Assembly: GCF_003018255.1 (NCBI RefSeq)
Contig: NZ_CP027440.1
Reading direction: 5' to 3' (one strand)
DNA length: 64,000 bases
Source: Escherichia coli
Lineage (GTDB): Bacteria > Pseudomonadota > Gammaproteobacteria > Enterobacterales > Enterobacteriaceae
Position numbers and translations under genes: made by a program. Shown here piece by piece: positions 21,996-33,299 of the stretch; the first letter of the stretch is position 1, and every line of letters starts with the position of its first letter. The notes under the pieces are model-generated. The model saw only the letters and a program-made list of their open reading frames with translations. It did not search any database and was not told where the DNA came from.

Positions 21996-22103
21996 TTACT
22001 TCCGCTTATTCAGCCAGTTCACGATCATGCTGGCAAGAATGCCAGCAATGACCGGAGCCGCTAAATCATGCCAGAAGGCCATGCCCAGCTCTGCGAGCGT
22101 CAT
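21996..22103 (-). CDS. ldr: Ldr-family type I toxin, copy 3 (35 aa)
   Basis: MTLAELGMAFWHDLAAPVIAGILASMIVNWLNKRK; identical in protein to copy 2. Confidence 0.8.
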   Translation of the reverse strand: MTLAELGMAFWHDLAAPVIAGILASMIVNWLNKRK

Positions 22104-22150
22104 ATAGCCGCCTGAGTTGTAATGACAACGTTTCGCGGCTATTCTTGAGT

Positions 22151-22216
22151 TGTGTAGGTTCAAGAATGGCCCCCGTGATGTTGTCAGGTGCATACCTGCA
22201 ATATGCGGGGGTTTTC
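22151..22216 (+). ncRNA. rdl: Rdl-like antisense RNA, copy 3 (boundaries approximate)
   Basis: Same hairpin and T-tract in the third unit. Confidence 0.4.
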
Positions 22217-22478
22217 TCTCTCCAGCAACCAATGCCACCAGGGATTAAGCCCCCGCAACATTGCGCCTCACCGGAACCTTTCCGGCTTGCCGCTGATTCT
22301 ACGACTGTTTTTCAGCTCCGAAATCCGTCACTTCTTCACTCTGTGCTGTGCATTCCGCAGAATATTATCCGCTTGCAACCGTTGCATTTTTCTTACGAAA
22401 AAGGCCGCAGAGTTTTATCCCTGCGGCCTGATCCGGGCGCAAATTGCCATTACGGCAGCCTGACGCCCGTCTGACACG

Positions 22479-22586
22479 TTACTTCCGCTTGTTCAGCCAG
22501 TTCACGATCAGACTGGCAAGAATGCCAGCTATGACCGGAGCCGCTAAATCATGCCAGAAGGCCATGCCCAGTTCTGCGAGCGTCAT
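22479..22586 (-). CDS. ldr: Ldr-family type I toxin, copy 4 (35 aa)
   Basis: MTLAELGMAFWHDLAAPVIAGILASLIVNWLNKRK; M26L relative to copies 2 and 3. Confidence 0.8.
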   Translation of the reverse strand: MTLAELGMAFWHDLAAPVIAGILASLIVNWLNKRK

Positions 22587-22633
22587 ATAGCCGCCTGTGT
22601 TGTAATGACAACGTTTCGCGGCTATTCTTGAGT

Positions 22634-22699
22634 GGTCTAGGTTCAAGATTAGCCCCCGTGATGTTGTCAGGTGCATACCTGCAACGTGCGGGGGTTTTC
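22634..22699 (+). ncRNA. rdl: Rdl-like antisense RNA, copy 4 (boundaries approximate)
   Basis: Same hairpin and T-tract in the fourth unit. Confidence 0.4.
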
Positions 22700-23061
22700 T
22701 CTCTCCAGCAACCAATGCCACCAGGGATTAAGCCCCCGCAACATTGCGCCTCACCGGAACCTTTCCGGCTTGCCGCTGATTTTACGATTGCTTTTTACCG
22801 TCAGCACCCGGCAATCTTCCTCATTGCGTGATGCCTTCCAGCTTAATTTCTTTATTTGCATTAGTTGCAGTTCATATCCGGGCTGACTCCAGACTGGTAG
22901 TGAAATGCGCAATTTTGTAGAATTGCGCCTCCTCGCGACCTCCCCAGTGAATCTGTTGCCTCATTTTTTACATACTGCGTATTCGACTTCTCCACCTGTT
23001 GCGCAAGAGAAACTGGGTTTATTCATTTTTGCGAGGCCGACTTCTTTCTGGACAGGACTTT

Positions 23062-24333
23062 ATGCAGCACAACACACTACCGAAACACGATCAGAAAATG
23101 CCGTTTACACGCTACGACTTCGGCTGGGTTTTATTATGCATAGGCATGGCGATTGGTGCCGGAACCGTGCTGATGCCAGTACAAATTGGCTTGAAGGGAA
23201 TTTGGGTATTTATTACCGCAGCGATCATTGCTTATCCTGCCACCTGGGTAGTGCAGGACATTTATTTAAAAACCCTTTCTGAAAGCGATTCCTGTAATGA
23301 CTACACCGATATTATCAGTCATTACCTGGGGAAGAACTGGGGAATTTTCCTCGGGGTTATCTACTTTTTGATGATTATCCACGGGATTTTTATCTACTCT
23401 CTCTCCGTGGTTTTCGACAGCGCCTCGTACCTGAAAACCTTCGGTTTAACCGATGCCGATCTTTCACAATCTCTACTTTATAAAGTCGCCATTTTCGCCG
23501 TACTGGTGGCAATTGCGTCTGGTGGTGAACGATTACTGTTTAAGATTTCCGGGCCAATGGTGGTGGTCAAAGTAGGGATTATTGTCGTCTTCGGTTTTGC
23601 GATGATCCCGCACTGGAATTTCGCCAATATAACCGCCTTCCCGCAAGCCTCCGTCTTCTTCCGCGACGTCCTGCTTACTATTCCTTTTTGCTTCTTTTCT
23701 GCGGTATTTATTCAGGTGCTAAACCCGATGAATATTGCCTACCGCAAACGGGAAGCGGATAAAGTACTGGCAACCCGGCTCGCGCTGCGTACCCACCGAA
23801 TTAGTTATGTCACGCTCATCGCGGTGATCCTATTTTTTGCCTTTTCGTTTACCTTCTCAATTAGCCACGAAGAAGCCGTTTCTGCCTTTGAACAAAATAT
23901 CTCGGCACTGGCACTGGCCGCGCAGGTGATCCCTGGGCATATCATTCATATCACCTCGACGGTGCTGAATATCTTTGCCGTACTGACCGCATTCTTTGGC
24001 ATTTATCTCGGTTTCCACGAGGCCATTAAAGGCATTATTCTCAATCTGTTAAGCCGAATTATTGATACCAAGAAAATTAACTCACGCATGCTGACTCTGG
24101 CGATCTGCGCTTTTATCGTCATTACGTTGACGATTTGGGTCTCGTTTCGTGTATCGGTGCTGGTGTTCTTTCAGTTGGGAAGCCCGTTATATGGCATTGT
24201 GTCGTGCCTCATTCCATTTTTCCTGATCTATAAAGTCGCACAACTGGAAAAACTTCGCGGGTTTAAAGCCTGGCTGATTCTGCTTTACGGCATTTTGCTA
24301 TGCTTGTCGCCACTGTTGAAGCTGATTGAGTAA
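23062..24333 (+). CDS. yhjV: HAAAP-family (serine/aromatic amino acid-type) transporter YhjV
   Basis: ORF 22999..24333; internal ATG at 23062 gives [34 protein letters not shown]..., a multi-TM permease matching recalled YhjV. Confidence 0.88.
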   Translation: MQHNTLPKHDQKMPFTRYDFGWVLLCIGMAIGAGTVLMPVQIGLKGIWVFITAAIIAYPATWVVQDIYLKTLSESDSCNDYTDIISHYLGKNWGIFLGVIYFLMIIHGIFIYSLSVVFDSASYLKTFGLTDADLSQSLLYKVAIFAVLVAIASGGERLLFKISGPMVVVKVGIIVVFGFAMIPHWNFANITAFPQASVFFRDVLLTIPFCFFSAVFIQVLNPMNIAYRKREADKVLATRLALRTHRISYVTLIAVILFFAFSFTFSISHEEAVSAFEQNISALALAAQVIPGHIIHITSTVLNIFAVLTAFFGIYLGFHEAIKGIILNLLSRIIDTKKINSRMLTLAICAFIVITLTIWVSFRVSVLVFFQLGSPLYGIVSCLIPFFLIYKVAQLEKLRGFKAWLILLYGILLCLSPLLKLIE

Positions 24334-24362
24334 ACCGGAGCGCACGGCCCCGGTTTTGTGAG

Positions 24363-25367
24363 TTAACGCTGCGGATTTTCATCCTGATCAACAGCAAAAC
24401 AAGCTACCAGTTGACCGCCGTAGTCTTTTAGCTGCGGCTGCAACTGGGTGCAGGGGCCGAAGCGCCGACGACAGCGGGCGTTAAACGCGCAGCCCGGCGG
24501 TGGATTGAGCGGGCTTGGCAGTTCACCGGTGAGCTTGATGCGCTCGCGGCGATCGTCCGGGTTCAGGCGCGGCGTCGCGGAGAGTAGCGCCTGAGTGTAC
24601 GGATGACGCGGGTTATTGAAGATTTGGTCCTTCGTTCCCTTCTCCACGCAGCGGCCCAGGTACATCACCATCACTTCATCAGCAATGTGCTCTACCACCG
24701 ACAGGTCGTGCGAGATAAAGACATAAGACAGCCCCAACTCCTGCTGCAAATCCATCATCAGATTCAGCACCTGCGCGCGCACTGAGACGTCCAGCGCGGA
24801 AACCGGCTCATCGGCAATCACCACATCCGGGTCGAGCATCAGACCTCGGGCAATGGCGATACGCTGACGCTGACCGCCGGAGAACATATGCGGATAGCGG
24901 TCATAATGTTCGGTTTTCAGGCCGACTTTCGCCATCATCGACAGGGCTTTTTCCCGACGCTGTTCTTTGCTTAAGCTGGTATTAATCAGCAGCGGCTCCT
25001 CAAGAATTTGCCCGACTTTTTTACGTGGATTCAGCGAACCGTAAGGGTTCTGGAAGACAATCTGGATTTTCTGCCGACGCAGCTTCTGCGCCTGCGGATC
25101 GTGCTTGAGCAGATCCTGCCCTTGGTAATACAGTTCACCACCGGTGGGCGTTTCGATCATCGTCAGCAACCGACCGAGGGTCGATTTACCGCAGCCAGAT
25201 TCCCCTACTACCGCCAGCGTTTTGCCGCGTTCAAGGTTAAACGAAACGCCGTCCAGCGCTTTAACCAAACGTTCCGGCGCGAACATACCTTTCTTCACCG
25301 GATAATGTTTTTTCAGGTCGATAGCCTGCAACAGCGGTTGTTGCGAGGTGGCCTCTTGCGTACTCAT
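24363..25367 (-). CDS. dppF: dipeptide ABC transporter ATP-binding protein DppF
   Basis: 334-aa ORF with Walker [13 protein letters not shown] signature LSGGQRQR and Walker B; 4-nt overlap with dppD. Confidence 0.95.
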
Positions 25368-26347
25368 AGTGTCGGCCTCCCGGCATCATCAAGTGGGTAA
25401 TGGCATTTGGACTGACGCCCGTCAGCAAGCATATTCAGCGCCGGTTCTTCAGCGCGACATCTGTCAGTGGCATAGGGGCAGCGCGGGTTAAGCAGGCAGC
25501 CGTTCGGGCGGTCATACTTGCCGGGAACAACACCTGGCAACGACGCCAGACGTTCTTTATCCTGAGCAAATTCTGGCAGCGCACGCAGCAATGCCTGAGT
25601 ATACGGGTGACGCGGCGCATGGAAGATGGCGTGCGCATCGCCCGTTTCCACCACCTGACCGGCATACATCACGATGATTTTATGTGCCGCTTCCGCCACC
25701 AGCGCCAGGTCATGGGTAATTAACACCAGCGCCATGTTCTCTTTCTGCTGTAGCTCCAGCAGTAGTTCAATGATTTGCGCCTGAATGGTCACGTCCAGCG
25801 CAGTGGTTGGTTCATCGGCAATCAGCAGTTTTGGCCGACAGGCAATCGCCATGGCAATCATCACGCGCTGGCTCATGCCGCCGGAAAGCTGATGCGGGTA
25901 AACATCCAGACGCGAAGCCGGATCGGGAATACCGACCTGATTCAACAAGTCAATCGCCCGCTGACGACGAGTGCTCTTATTACCGCCCTGATGCACCTTA
26001 ATCGCTTCCATAATCTGGAAACCCACGGTGTAGCACGGGTTAAGGCTGGTCATCGGGTCCTGGAAGATCATCGCCACTTCGGCACCCACAAGGTTGCGGC
26101 GCTCTTTTTCCGAGATACGCTGCAAATCCTGACCGTTAAACTCCAGCTTTTCCGCCATTACGCGGCCCGGATAATCAATCAGCCCCATAATCGCCAGCGA
26201 ACTGACCGATTTACCAGAGCCGGACTCACCCACAATCCCGACCACTTCGCCCTGTTTTACGCTGTAGCTGATGCGGTCTACGGCGCGGAACGGTGCGCTT
26301 TCGTCGCCGAAATGCACCGATAATTTATCTACATTTAATAACGCCAT
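25364..26347 (-). CDS. dppD: dipeptide ABC transporter ATP-binding protein DppD
   Basis: 327-aa ORF with Walker A GESGSGKS and signature LSGGMSQR. Confidence 0.95.
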
Positions 26348-26357
26348 CTCGAACCTC

Positions 26358-27260
26358 TTACTGCTTCAGTTTGGGATCGAGCGCGTCACGCAGACCGTCA
26401 CCCATCAGGTTAAATGCCAGCACCGTCAGCAGGATCGCCAGACCCGGGAAGGTCACGACCCACCAGGCGCTTTGCGCGAACTGCAACACGTCGGAGAGCA
26501 TGGTGCCCCACTCCGGCGTTGGCGGCTGCGCCCCCATGCCGAGGAAACCAAGAGCAGCCATATCGAGAATGGCGTTAGAGAAACCGAGCGACGCCTGAAC
26601 AATCAGAGGCGCAAGGCAGTTCGGGAAGATGTTAATAAACATCTGACGCATCGCCCCGGCACCTGCCACGCGAGACGCGGTAACGTAATCGCGGTTAACT
26701 TCCACCAGCACGGCGGCGCGGGTTAAGCGCACATAGTGCGGCAGGGCAACAAAGGTCAGCGCCAGCGCGGCGTTACCAATCGACGGGCCGAAAATCGCCA
26801 CCAGCACCAGTGCCAACAGCAGACTTGGCAGCGCCAGCATGATATCGACCACGCGCATGATGATGTTATCGACCAGGCCGCCGAAGTAACCGGCGATCAG
26901 GCCGAGAATAACGCCCATAATCAGCGATAACACAACTACCAGACAGCCAACCAGCAGTGACAATCGCGCACCGTACATCAGACGCGACAGCACATCACGG
27001 CCTACGTCATCGGTGCCCAGCAAGTGCGCCATGCTGCCGCCTTCCTGCCAGGCTGGCGGGGCGAGCAGTGCATCGCGGAACTGTTCCGCCGGGTTATAGG
27101 GTGCAATCCAGTTGGCAAAGATCGCGATAAACAGCACGATGACGACGTAAACCAGCCCGACGACCGCGCCTTTGTTGCGTTTAAAATAGTGCCAGAACTC
27201 CTGTAACGGGGTCATCGGCACCGGTGCGCTAATCACTTTATTTTCAGTAACCTGTGACAT
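26358..27260 (-). CDS. dppC: dipeptide ABC transporter permease DppC
   Basis: 300-aa multi-TM ORF, permease-like. Confidence 0.93.
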
Positions 27261-27269
27261 GATGTCCCC

Positions 27270-28289
27270 TTACTTCTTATGACGAATACGCGGGTTCACC
27301 ACGCCGTACAGCAGATCGACCAGCAAGTTGACGAGGATAATCATCGTCGCCACCAGCAATACGCCGCCCTGCACTACCGGATAGTCGCGGCGTTGCAGTG
27401 CGTCAATCAACCAGCGCCCCAGACCGGGCCACGAGAAGATGGTTTCGGTCAGAATCGCCCCCGCCAGCAACGTTCCCACCTGCAGGCCGATAACGGTCAC
27501 CACCGGCAGCATCGCGTTACGCAGCGCATGGACGATAATCACCCTAAGGCGGGTCAACCCTTTGGCGCGCGCGGTGCGGATGTAATCTTCACCCAGCACT
27601 TCCAGCATCGAGGAGCGTGTCATACGCACAATGACCGCCAGCGGGATAGTACCCAGCACAATGGCGGGCAAGATCATATGGGCGACGGCATCGATAAAGT
27701 TACCGTCTTCACCCCAGATGGCGGTGTCGATCAGCATAAAACCGGTTAACGGATTGGAATCATCGAGGAACACCATGTCGCTCACGCGACCGGAGACGGG
27801 CGTCAGGTTCCAGTGCACCGAAACCAGCATGATCAGCATCATGCCCCACCAGAAGATAGGCATTGAATAACCTGTCAGCGCCAGGCCAACCGCCGTGTGA
27901 TCGAAAATGGAACCGCGTTTAACCGCAGCCAGCACACCAACCGGAATACCGACTGCCGTAGCAAAAATCATCGCGCAGACGCCAAGTTCCAGCGTGGCCT
28001 GGAAGCGCGGCACGAACTCTTCCCATACCGGGATGCGGCTTTTCATCGAAATGCCTAAATCGCCGTGCATTACGCCCCAAATGTAATGGAGATACTGCTG
28101 CCACATCGGTTTATCTAAGCCGAGTTCAGCCAGCAGCTGCGCGTGACGCTCTGGGGAGATCCCACGCTCGCCCGCCATGATCATCACCGGATCGCCCGGG
28201 ATCATGTGGACAAAGGCAAATGTGAGAAGGGTAATACCGATAAACGTGGGGATGACGAGTCCCAAACGTCGGAGAATAAACTGCAACAT
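27270..28289 (-). CDS. dppB: dipeptide ABC transporter permease DppB
   Basis: 339-aa multi-TM ORF, permease-like. Confidence 0.93.
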   Translation of the reverse strand: MLQFILRRLGLVIPTFIGITLLTFAFVHMIPGDPVMIMAGERGISPERHAQLLAELGLDKPMWQQYLHYIWGVMHGDLGISMKSRIPVWEEFVPRFQATLELGVCAMIFATAVGIPVGVLAAVKRGSIFDHTAVGLALTGYSMPIFWWGMMLIMLVSVHWNLTPVSGRVSDMVFLDDSNPLTGFMLIDTAIWGEDGNFIDAVAHMILPAIVLGTIPLAVIVRMTRSSMLEVLGEDYIRTARAKGLTRLRVIIVHALRNAMLPVVTVIGLQVGTLLAGAILTETIFSWPGLGRWLIDALQRRDYPVVQGGVLLVATMIILVNLLVDLLYGVVNPRIRHKK

Positions 28290-28384
28290 AACCCGGATTC
28301 TCTATAATGACCCGCAGCCTGGAACTGCGTGTCTGTATTGCTCACAAATCAATTCCCGCCCTTGTGGAACAGGGAATGAAGTAT

Positions 28385-28562
28385 TGCTGCCGGATGGCGC
28401 TGCACGCAGAGGCACAGCGCCACCGGGTATGCAGATTGTTGACAAAGAGCGCTTTGTTTATGCCGGATGCGGCGCAAACGCCTTATCCGACCTACAAAAT
28501 CGTGCAAACTCAATACATTGCAGAGTTTTCGTAGGCCTGATAAGCGGAGCGCATCAGGCAGT
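28385..28562. repeat. REP/BIME cluster in the dppB-dppA intergenic region
   Basis: Several REP-like palindromes: TGCCGGATGGCGCTGCACGC..., GCCGGATGCGGCGCAAACGCCTTATCCGACCTACA, GTAGGCCTGATAAGCGGAGCGCATCAGGCA. Confidence 0.7.
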
Positions 28563-28596
28563 TTTGCCTTTGCCATCAGTCTTGTATGGCTTTTAA

Positions 28597-30204
28597 TTAT
28601 TCGATAGAGACGTTTTCGAAGTGATGTTTGCCTAATGGATCAACCACATAGCCTTTAACTTCTTTGCGTACCGGTTCAAACACGGTGGAGTGAGCGATGA
28701 TCAGTGCCGGAGCCTGATCGTGCATCACCACCTGCGCTTGCTTGTACAGTTCAACGCGTTTGTTATGGTCGTCGGTAGCACGCGCCGGTTGAATCAGATC
28801 TTCAAACGGTTTGTAGCACCATTTTGAGTAGTTGGAGCCTTGTTCAGAGGCGGCGCAGCTGAACAGGGTGGCGAAGAAGTTATCCGGATCCCCATTATCG
28901 CCAGTCCAGCCCATCATTACCGTCTGGTGCTCGCCATCTTTCGCACGCTTGAGGTACTCACCCCATTCGTAGGTGACAATTTTGGCCTGCACGCCGACTT
29001 TCGCCCAGTCTGCCTGAATCATCTCCGCCATGCGGCGAGCGTTCGGGTTATACGGACGTTGTACCGGCATCGCCCACAGGTCGATGGAGAAACCTTTTTC
29101 CAGACCCGCTTCTTTCAGCAAGGCTTTCGCTTTTTCAGGATCGTAGGTGTAGTCCTGAACGTCGTCGTTATAGCCCCACATGGTTGGCGGGATCAGGTTT
29201 TTCGCTGATACGCCCGCGCCCTGATAAACCGCTTTGATGATCGCGTCTTTGTTCACCGCGTAGGTCAGAGCCTGGCGAACTTTCACGTCATCGAGTGGTT
29301 TTTTCTGCACGTTATACGAGAGATAACCGACGTTCAGCCCCGGCATTTCCATCAGGTTGATGGATTTATCCTGCTTCATGCGGGCGATATCTGCCGGGTT
29401 CGGGTACGGCATCACCTGGCATTCGTTCTTCTGCAATTTCGCATAACGCACGGAAGCGTCAGGAGTAATAGAGAAGACCAGCGTATCGATCTTCGGTTTG
29501 GTGCCCCAGTAGCCATCAAACGCTTTATAGCGAATACGGGAATCTTTCTGGTACTGCTGTAACTGGAACGGGCCGGTACCGATTGGGTTGAGGTCTAGTT
29601 TTTCTGGTGTACCGGCTTTCATCATCGCGTCAGCATATTCTTTTGACAGAATAGAGGCGAAGTCCATTGCCAGGTCAGCGAGGAACGGCGCTTCCGGGCG
29701 AGTCAGCACAAACTGAACGGTGTTATCGTCCACCTTTTTCACTTCGCTGATCAGCTCTGGTAAGCCCATGCCTTCGAAGTATTCGTAGCTGCCGCCAGAG
29801 ACTTTATGGTACGGGTTTTGCGCGTTTTTCTGACGATCGAACGAGAACACTACGTCATCGGCATTCAGTTCGCGCGTCGGTTTGAATTCTTTATTGTCGT
29901 GCCACTTCACACCTTTACGCAGATGGAAGGTATAGGTTTTACCGTCTTCGCTGACTTCCCACTTTTCAGCGAGGCCCGGGATCACTTCAGTGGTGCCGAT
30001 TTTAAATTCAACCAGACGGTTATAAAGCGGTACGGAAGAGGCGTCATAGGTGGTGCCGGAGGTAAACAGCTGCGGGTTAAACCCTTCCGGAGATCCTTCT
30101 GAGCAATAAACCAGAGTTTTAGCCTGAACACTTGCTGCGACGGTCATAGCCACCAGGCTGAGACCAAGCTTCAGCATCCCTGACTTTTTCAAGGAAATAC
30201 GCAT
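28597..30204 (-). CDS. dppA: periplasmic dipeptide-binding protein DppA
   Basis: 535-aa ORF MRISLKKSGMLKLGLSLVAMTVAASVQAKTLVYCSEGSPEGFNP... with signal peptide and family-5 SBP features. Confidence 0.95.
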   Translation of the reverse strand: MRISLKKSGMLKLGLSLVAMTVAASVQAKTLVYCSEGSPEGFNPQLFTSGTTYDASSVPLYNRLVEFKIGTTEVIPGLAEKWEVSEDGKTYTFHLRKGVKWHDNKEFKPTRELNADDVVFSFDRQKNAQNPYHKVSGGSYEYFEGMGLPELISEVKKVDDNTVQFVLTRPEAPFLADLAMDFASILSKEYADAMMKAGTPEKLDLNPIGTGPFQLQQYQKDSRIRYKAFDGYWGTKPKIDTLVFSITPDASVRYAKLQKNECQVMPYPNPADIARMKQDKSINLMEMPGLNVGYLSYNVQKKPLDDVKVRQALTYAVNKDAIIKAVYQGAGVSAKNLIPPTMWGYNDDVQDYTYDPEKAKALLKEAGLEKGFSIDLWAMPVQRPYNPNARRMAEMIQADWAKVGVQAKIVTYEWGEYLKRAKDGEHQTVMMGWTGDNGDPDNFFATLFSCAASEQGSNYSKWCYKPFEDLIQPARATDDHNKRVELYKQAQVVMHDQAPALIIAHSTVFEPVRKEVKGYVVDPLGKHHFENVSIE

Positions 30205-30520
30205 TATTCTGCTCCAATTGTGATGTTTGTTGTTTTAACCCTTTGCAGTGGGTTGTCGCTGCCTGACCTTTTTTGTTTTTTGCCCGGTCGGGTCAACGTT
30301 ATGAGGTGGGGATGCCGTACTAATTAACATCAGTGTAACAGTGCGGATCCTCCATAAAATGCCCCTCGTGACCTACAATCTGTCAACAGAATGTGAAAAC
30401 GTCAATACAGCCAACCGGGATTTACACCAACGGTGAGAATCCACAAACAAAGATTAAAAAAACTTCAAACAGCTATTTGCAGCAGAGAAATTTGTGCTAC
30501 GCCAACACAACCAGAACAAT
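30205..30520 (-). promoter_or_regulatory. dppA promoter and long 5' leader (approximate)
   Basis: AT-rich region directly upstream of dppA; dppA is known to carry a long leader targeted by GcvB sRNA. Exact promoter elements not resolved. Confidence 0.35.
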
Positions 30521-30767
30521 CAGCTTAATATTTAGCAACATTTGGTGATTAAGTTTTATGCATTTAATGAAAAAAATCTGAGGAAAAGGTGGATATCTGA
30601 GCAATTAATACCATGAACGCTAAAACGCACAGCGGAAAATGCCAGCGCCAGCCATAAGTAACGCAAAAAAAGATTTAAGCAAATATAAAAAAAGACAATG
30701 GTTTCTGTCACAAATCCGTTAATGGATAGTGAGATATGGGGCGCAAATTTGACAGGGAAATGTGTGG

Positions 30768-30858
30768 TGTGTAGATCGAATAAGGCGTTCACGCCGCATC
30801 CGACAATAAGTGCGGTGCCGTTGCCTGATGCGACGCTGGCGCGTCTTATCAGACCTAC
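30768..30858. repeat. REP element pair
   Basis: GTAGATCGAATAAGGCGTTCACGCCGCATCCGACA and TGCCTGATGCGACGCTGGCGCGTCTTATCAGACCTAC are canonical REP-type palindromes. Confidence 0.65.
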
Positions 30859-30966
30859 GTCGAGTCGAACCTCCCCGCCCCCGGGGGTTCTCTTCCTCAT
30901 GAGCTACAGATGCAAAAAAGCCTGCTCGTTGAGCAGGCTTTTCGAATTTGGTCGGTGATAGAGGAT
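30859..30966. repeat. 108-bp direct repeat, distal copy (hairpin-terminator plus 19-nt tRNA-Pro 3'-end fragment)
   Basis: Near-identical to 31027..31134 at an offset of 168 bp; contains GCAAAAAAGCCTGCTCGTTGAGCAGGCTTTT and TGGTCGGTGATAGAGGATT, then diverges from the tRNA body. Confidence 0.85.
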
Positions 30967-31026
30967 TACTCGCCACTTCGTGGCTCGCCCTGCGGGCCGT
31001 TGCTGGCGCAACGTTCTCTCGCTTCG

Positions 31027-31192
<166 letters not shown>

Positions 31193-31284
31193 GAATGCGG
31201 GGCGCATCTTACTGCGCAGATACGCCCTCGTCAATCCCTTAATAGCAAAATGCCTTTTGATCGGCGAGAAAGTCAGCAGGCCTC

Positions 31285-32976
31285 TTAGTTAGCCGCCGCC
31301 TCTCTTGCCTGCGGGATGTGGCACCAGTTGTTGTTTTCGTTAATTCCACCATCCGGTGAAGTATAGCCAAGACAACCCATGATGGTGTCGTACAGCTCTA
31401 CGTGACGGCGTGGCACTTTCATGTCAGCTTCTTTTTTCAGCTGCGCAAATGCCTGCGCATTGACCGGATTTTCCAGATATTTATCCGACATCCAGACCAT
31501 CATCGGCACGCGGAACTGTTCCGGCGGTGCCAGTTCACGCGGCGTGCCGTGCAGGTGCTCGCGTTCATTAATTGACTCACCATGGTCAGCTGCATAGAAC
31601 ACAATCGCTTTCTTATCGCGAACCTGATCAATCACGCTGGAAATAAAGTGATCCACATAGGTCACCGAGTTGTCGTATGAGTTGATCATCTGCGCTTTGG
31701 TACAGCCGCTATCAACACCAATACATTCCGGCTTCCACTGCGCAAAGCTGCGCGGGTAACGCTGGGTGTAGTTAAAGTGTGAGCCTTTGGTATGCAGAAT
31801 GATCAGATGCTTACCATCCGGGTTGCGCCCCAGCGATTGCTGCATTTCGTCTACCAGCAACATATCATCTACCGGTTTGCCACGGTTACGTGGCTCCGCA
31901 CCAATCTGCTCACGATAAGCAATGTTGTCCGCCATCGTATTGCTGTAGAACCACATTTCGCTTTGCATAGCGTAGAGATCAGAACTGAATCCTAACTGCT
32001 TCAATACCGCGAAAATGTTCTGTTCTTTTAATGTGCGCTGCGGATTATCTTCCGCGCCCCCCTGACGTACAAACATGCAACGCAGAGAGAGTTTGGTTGC
32101 GGTATCACAGGAGTAACCACGGAACGCCGCCAGATTTTTTTCCTGGGCCAGCTTCGGTGTGGTATTGCGTTCATAGCCGAAAATGCCCATATGATCCCAG
32201 CGCGTGGTTTCACCAATAATGAAAACGACATATGTATCATCAACGTTTTGTGGAGCCTGGTACGTAAACTTCTTCGCAGGGTTAAGGAGAGAATTGTTAT
32301 CGGAAGATTCATCGACCCGCGCCCAGGCATAAAGACCTAATGCCGAAAGCCAGTTTGATGGCAGATAAGAGTTCGCGACGACGCCGCCATAACTCGGCAA
32401 ATCAACACCTGTCGCCCTCTCCACTTTCTTCTGCTGGATATCCAGCAAACGAATCGGTGCCCAAACCATAATACCTGCCAGTACGACGACCGCCAGGCTG
32501 CGAATACGCTGCCCTGGGGTTCGCAGTTGTCGGAGCAAGGTGTAACGACAGCGGTTATTCCAGATAAGGATAAGAGGCAACGCGCTAACGGCGATTAACC
32601 AGAGAATAAAGTTCAGACCAACAACTTCTTTTGACAGGTCGATATCGGTGGTCATGACGGAAGCGATGATGCCATAACCAATGACCACATTAAGGAAGGT
32701 CATGTAATAGCTGGCACCTGCGGAAAAGAGCACCACCAGCGACGCCAGAATACGCCAGCTACGGCGGCCAAACAGCGAAAGAAGACGTAGTAAAAAGAAG
32801 GTCACCAGTACGGTGGCGGCCAGTTCAACAACAGCAGAAATGCCTTTCCAGACGGTAAAATCGTGCGCATAGCTGCCGAAGCGGCGGTAAAAAACCGCGC
32901 CATTCATAAAAAGGCCAATATAGATTGCAAGCAAAAAGCTCAGCTTCTGCTGTGTAATCGATTTGATGTATCTCAT
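31285..32976 (-). CDS. eptB: Kdo2-lipid A phosphoethanolamine transferase EptB
   Basis: ORF 31285..33009; internal start [23 protein letters not shown] (ATG at 32974..32976) gives 563 aa; N-terminal TM domain plus sulfatase-like domain. Confidence 0.9.
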   Translation of the reverse strand: MRYIKSITQQKLSFLLAIYIGLFMNGAVFYRRFGSYAHDFTVWKGISAVVELAATVLVTFFLLRLLSLFGRRSWRILASLVVLFSAGASYYMTFLNVVIGYGIIASVMTTDIDLSKEVVGLNFILWLIAVSALPLILIWNNRCRYTLLRQLRTPGQRIRSLAVVVLAGIMVWAPIRLLDIQQKKVERATGVDLPSYGGVVANSYLPSNWLSALGLYAWARVDESSDNNSLLNPAKKFTYQAPQNVDDTYVVFIIGETTRWDHMGIFGYERNTTPKLAQEKNLAAFRGYSCDTATKLSLRCMFVRQGGAEDNPQRTLKEQNIFAVLKQLGFSSDLYAMQSEMWFYSNTMADNIAYREQIGAEPRNRGKPVDDMLLVDEMQQSLGRNPDGKHLIILHTKGSHFNYTQRYPRSFAQWKPECIGVDSGCTKAQMINSYDNSVTYVDHFISSVIDQVRDKKAIVFYAADHGESINEREHLHGTPRELAPPEQFRVPMMVWMSDKYLENPVNAQAFAQLKKEADMKVPRRHVELYDTIMGCLGYTSPDGGINENNNWCHIPQAREAAAN

Positions 32977-33192
32977 GCAAACAAACCCTGGACAAACAGG
33001 TGATAACACCCTGCTTAGCGGCTTTTCAGGCCCGGCAGGGGAAAAGTGCGGAGGTAGTCAGATAAGTAAAATCTACACGCGCGAATAAGTAGACCACAGC
33101 AAAGGGAAAAAGTGTGGGGAAAGAGTGTGCATGAAGCACAAATTTACAAAAATGCAAGTTTGAAAAGAGACTTTAGCGTTACAAAAAGCAGT

Positions 33193-33222
33193 AAAAAGGG
33201 CCAGTTAACTGGCCCAAATTTT
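33193..33222 (-). terminator. terminator downstream of yhjX (bidirectional hairpin)
   Basis: AAAAAGGGCCAGTTAACTGGCCCAAATTTT: perfect stem flanked by A and T tracts. Confidence 0.6.
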
Positions 33223-33299
33223 ACGCGTCATTGTTTATACATTGCGTTGAAGCGTTTGATTCACACTAAGGCTAAAGCCCAGTAGCTCGCGGCAGATGA

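Larger units (their letters stand above)
20945..22795. repeat. tandem array of four ldr/rdl type I toxin-antitoxin units, period 483 bp
   Basis: Near-identical units start at about 20945, 21428, 21911 and 22394; each holds a terminator hairpin, a 35-aa Ldr ORF (minus) and an rdl-like hairpin (plus). The ORF track shows ORFs recurring every 483 bp. Confidence 0.9.

Noticed and set aside
20945-22795. Possibility that the 483-bp periodic array is a CRISPR array or a mobile element
   Set aside because: The period is far too long for CRISPR, the spacers are not unique, each unit contains a coding peptide and terminators, and there are no cas, transposase or integrase genes nearby.
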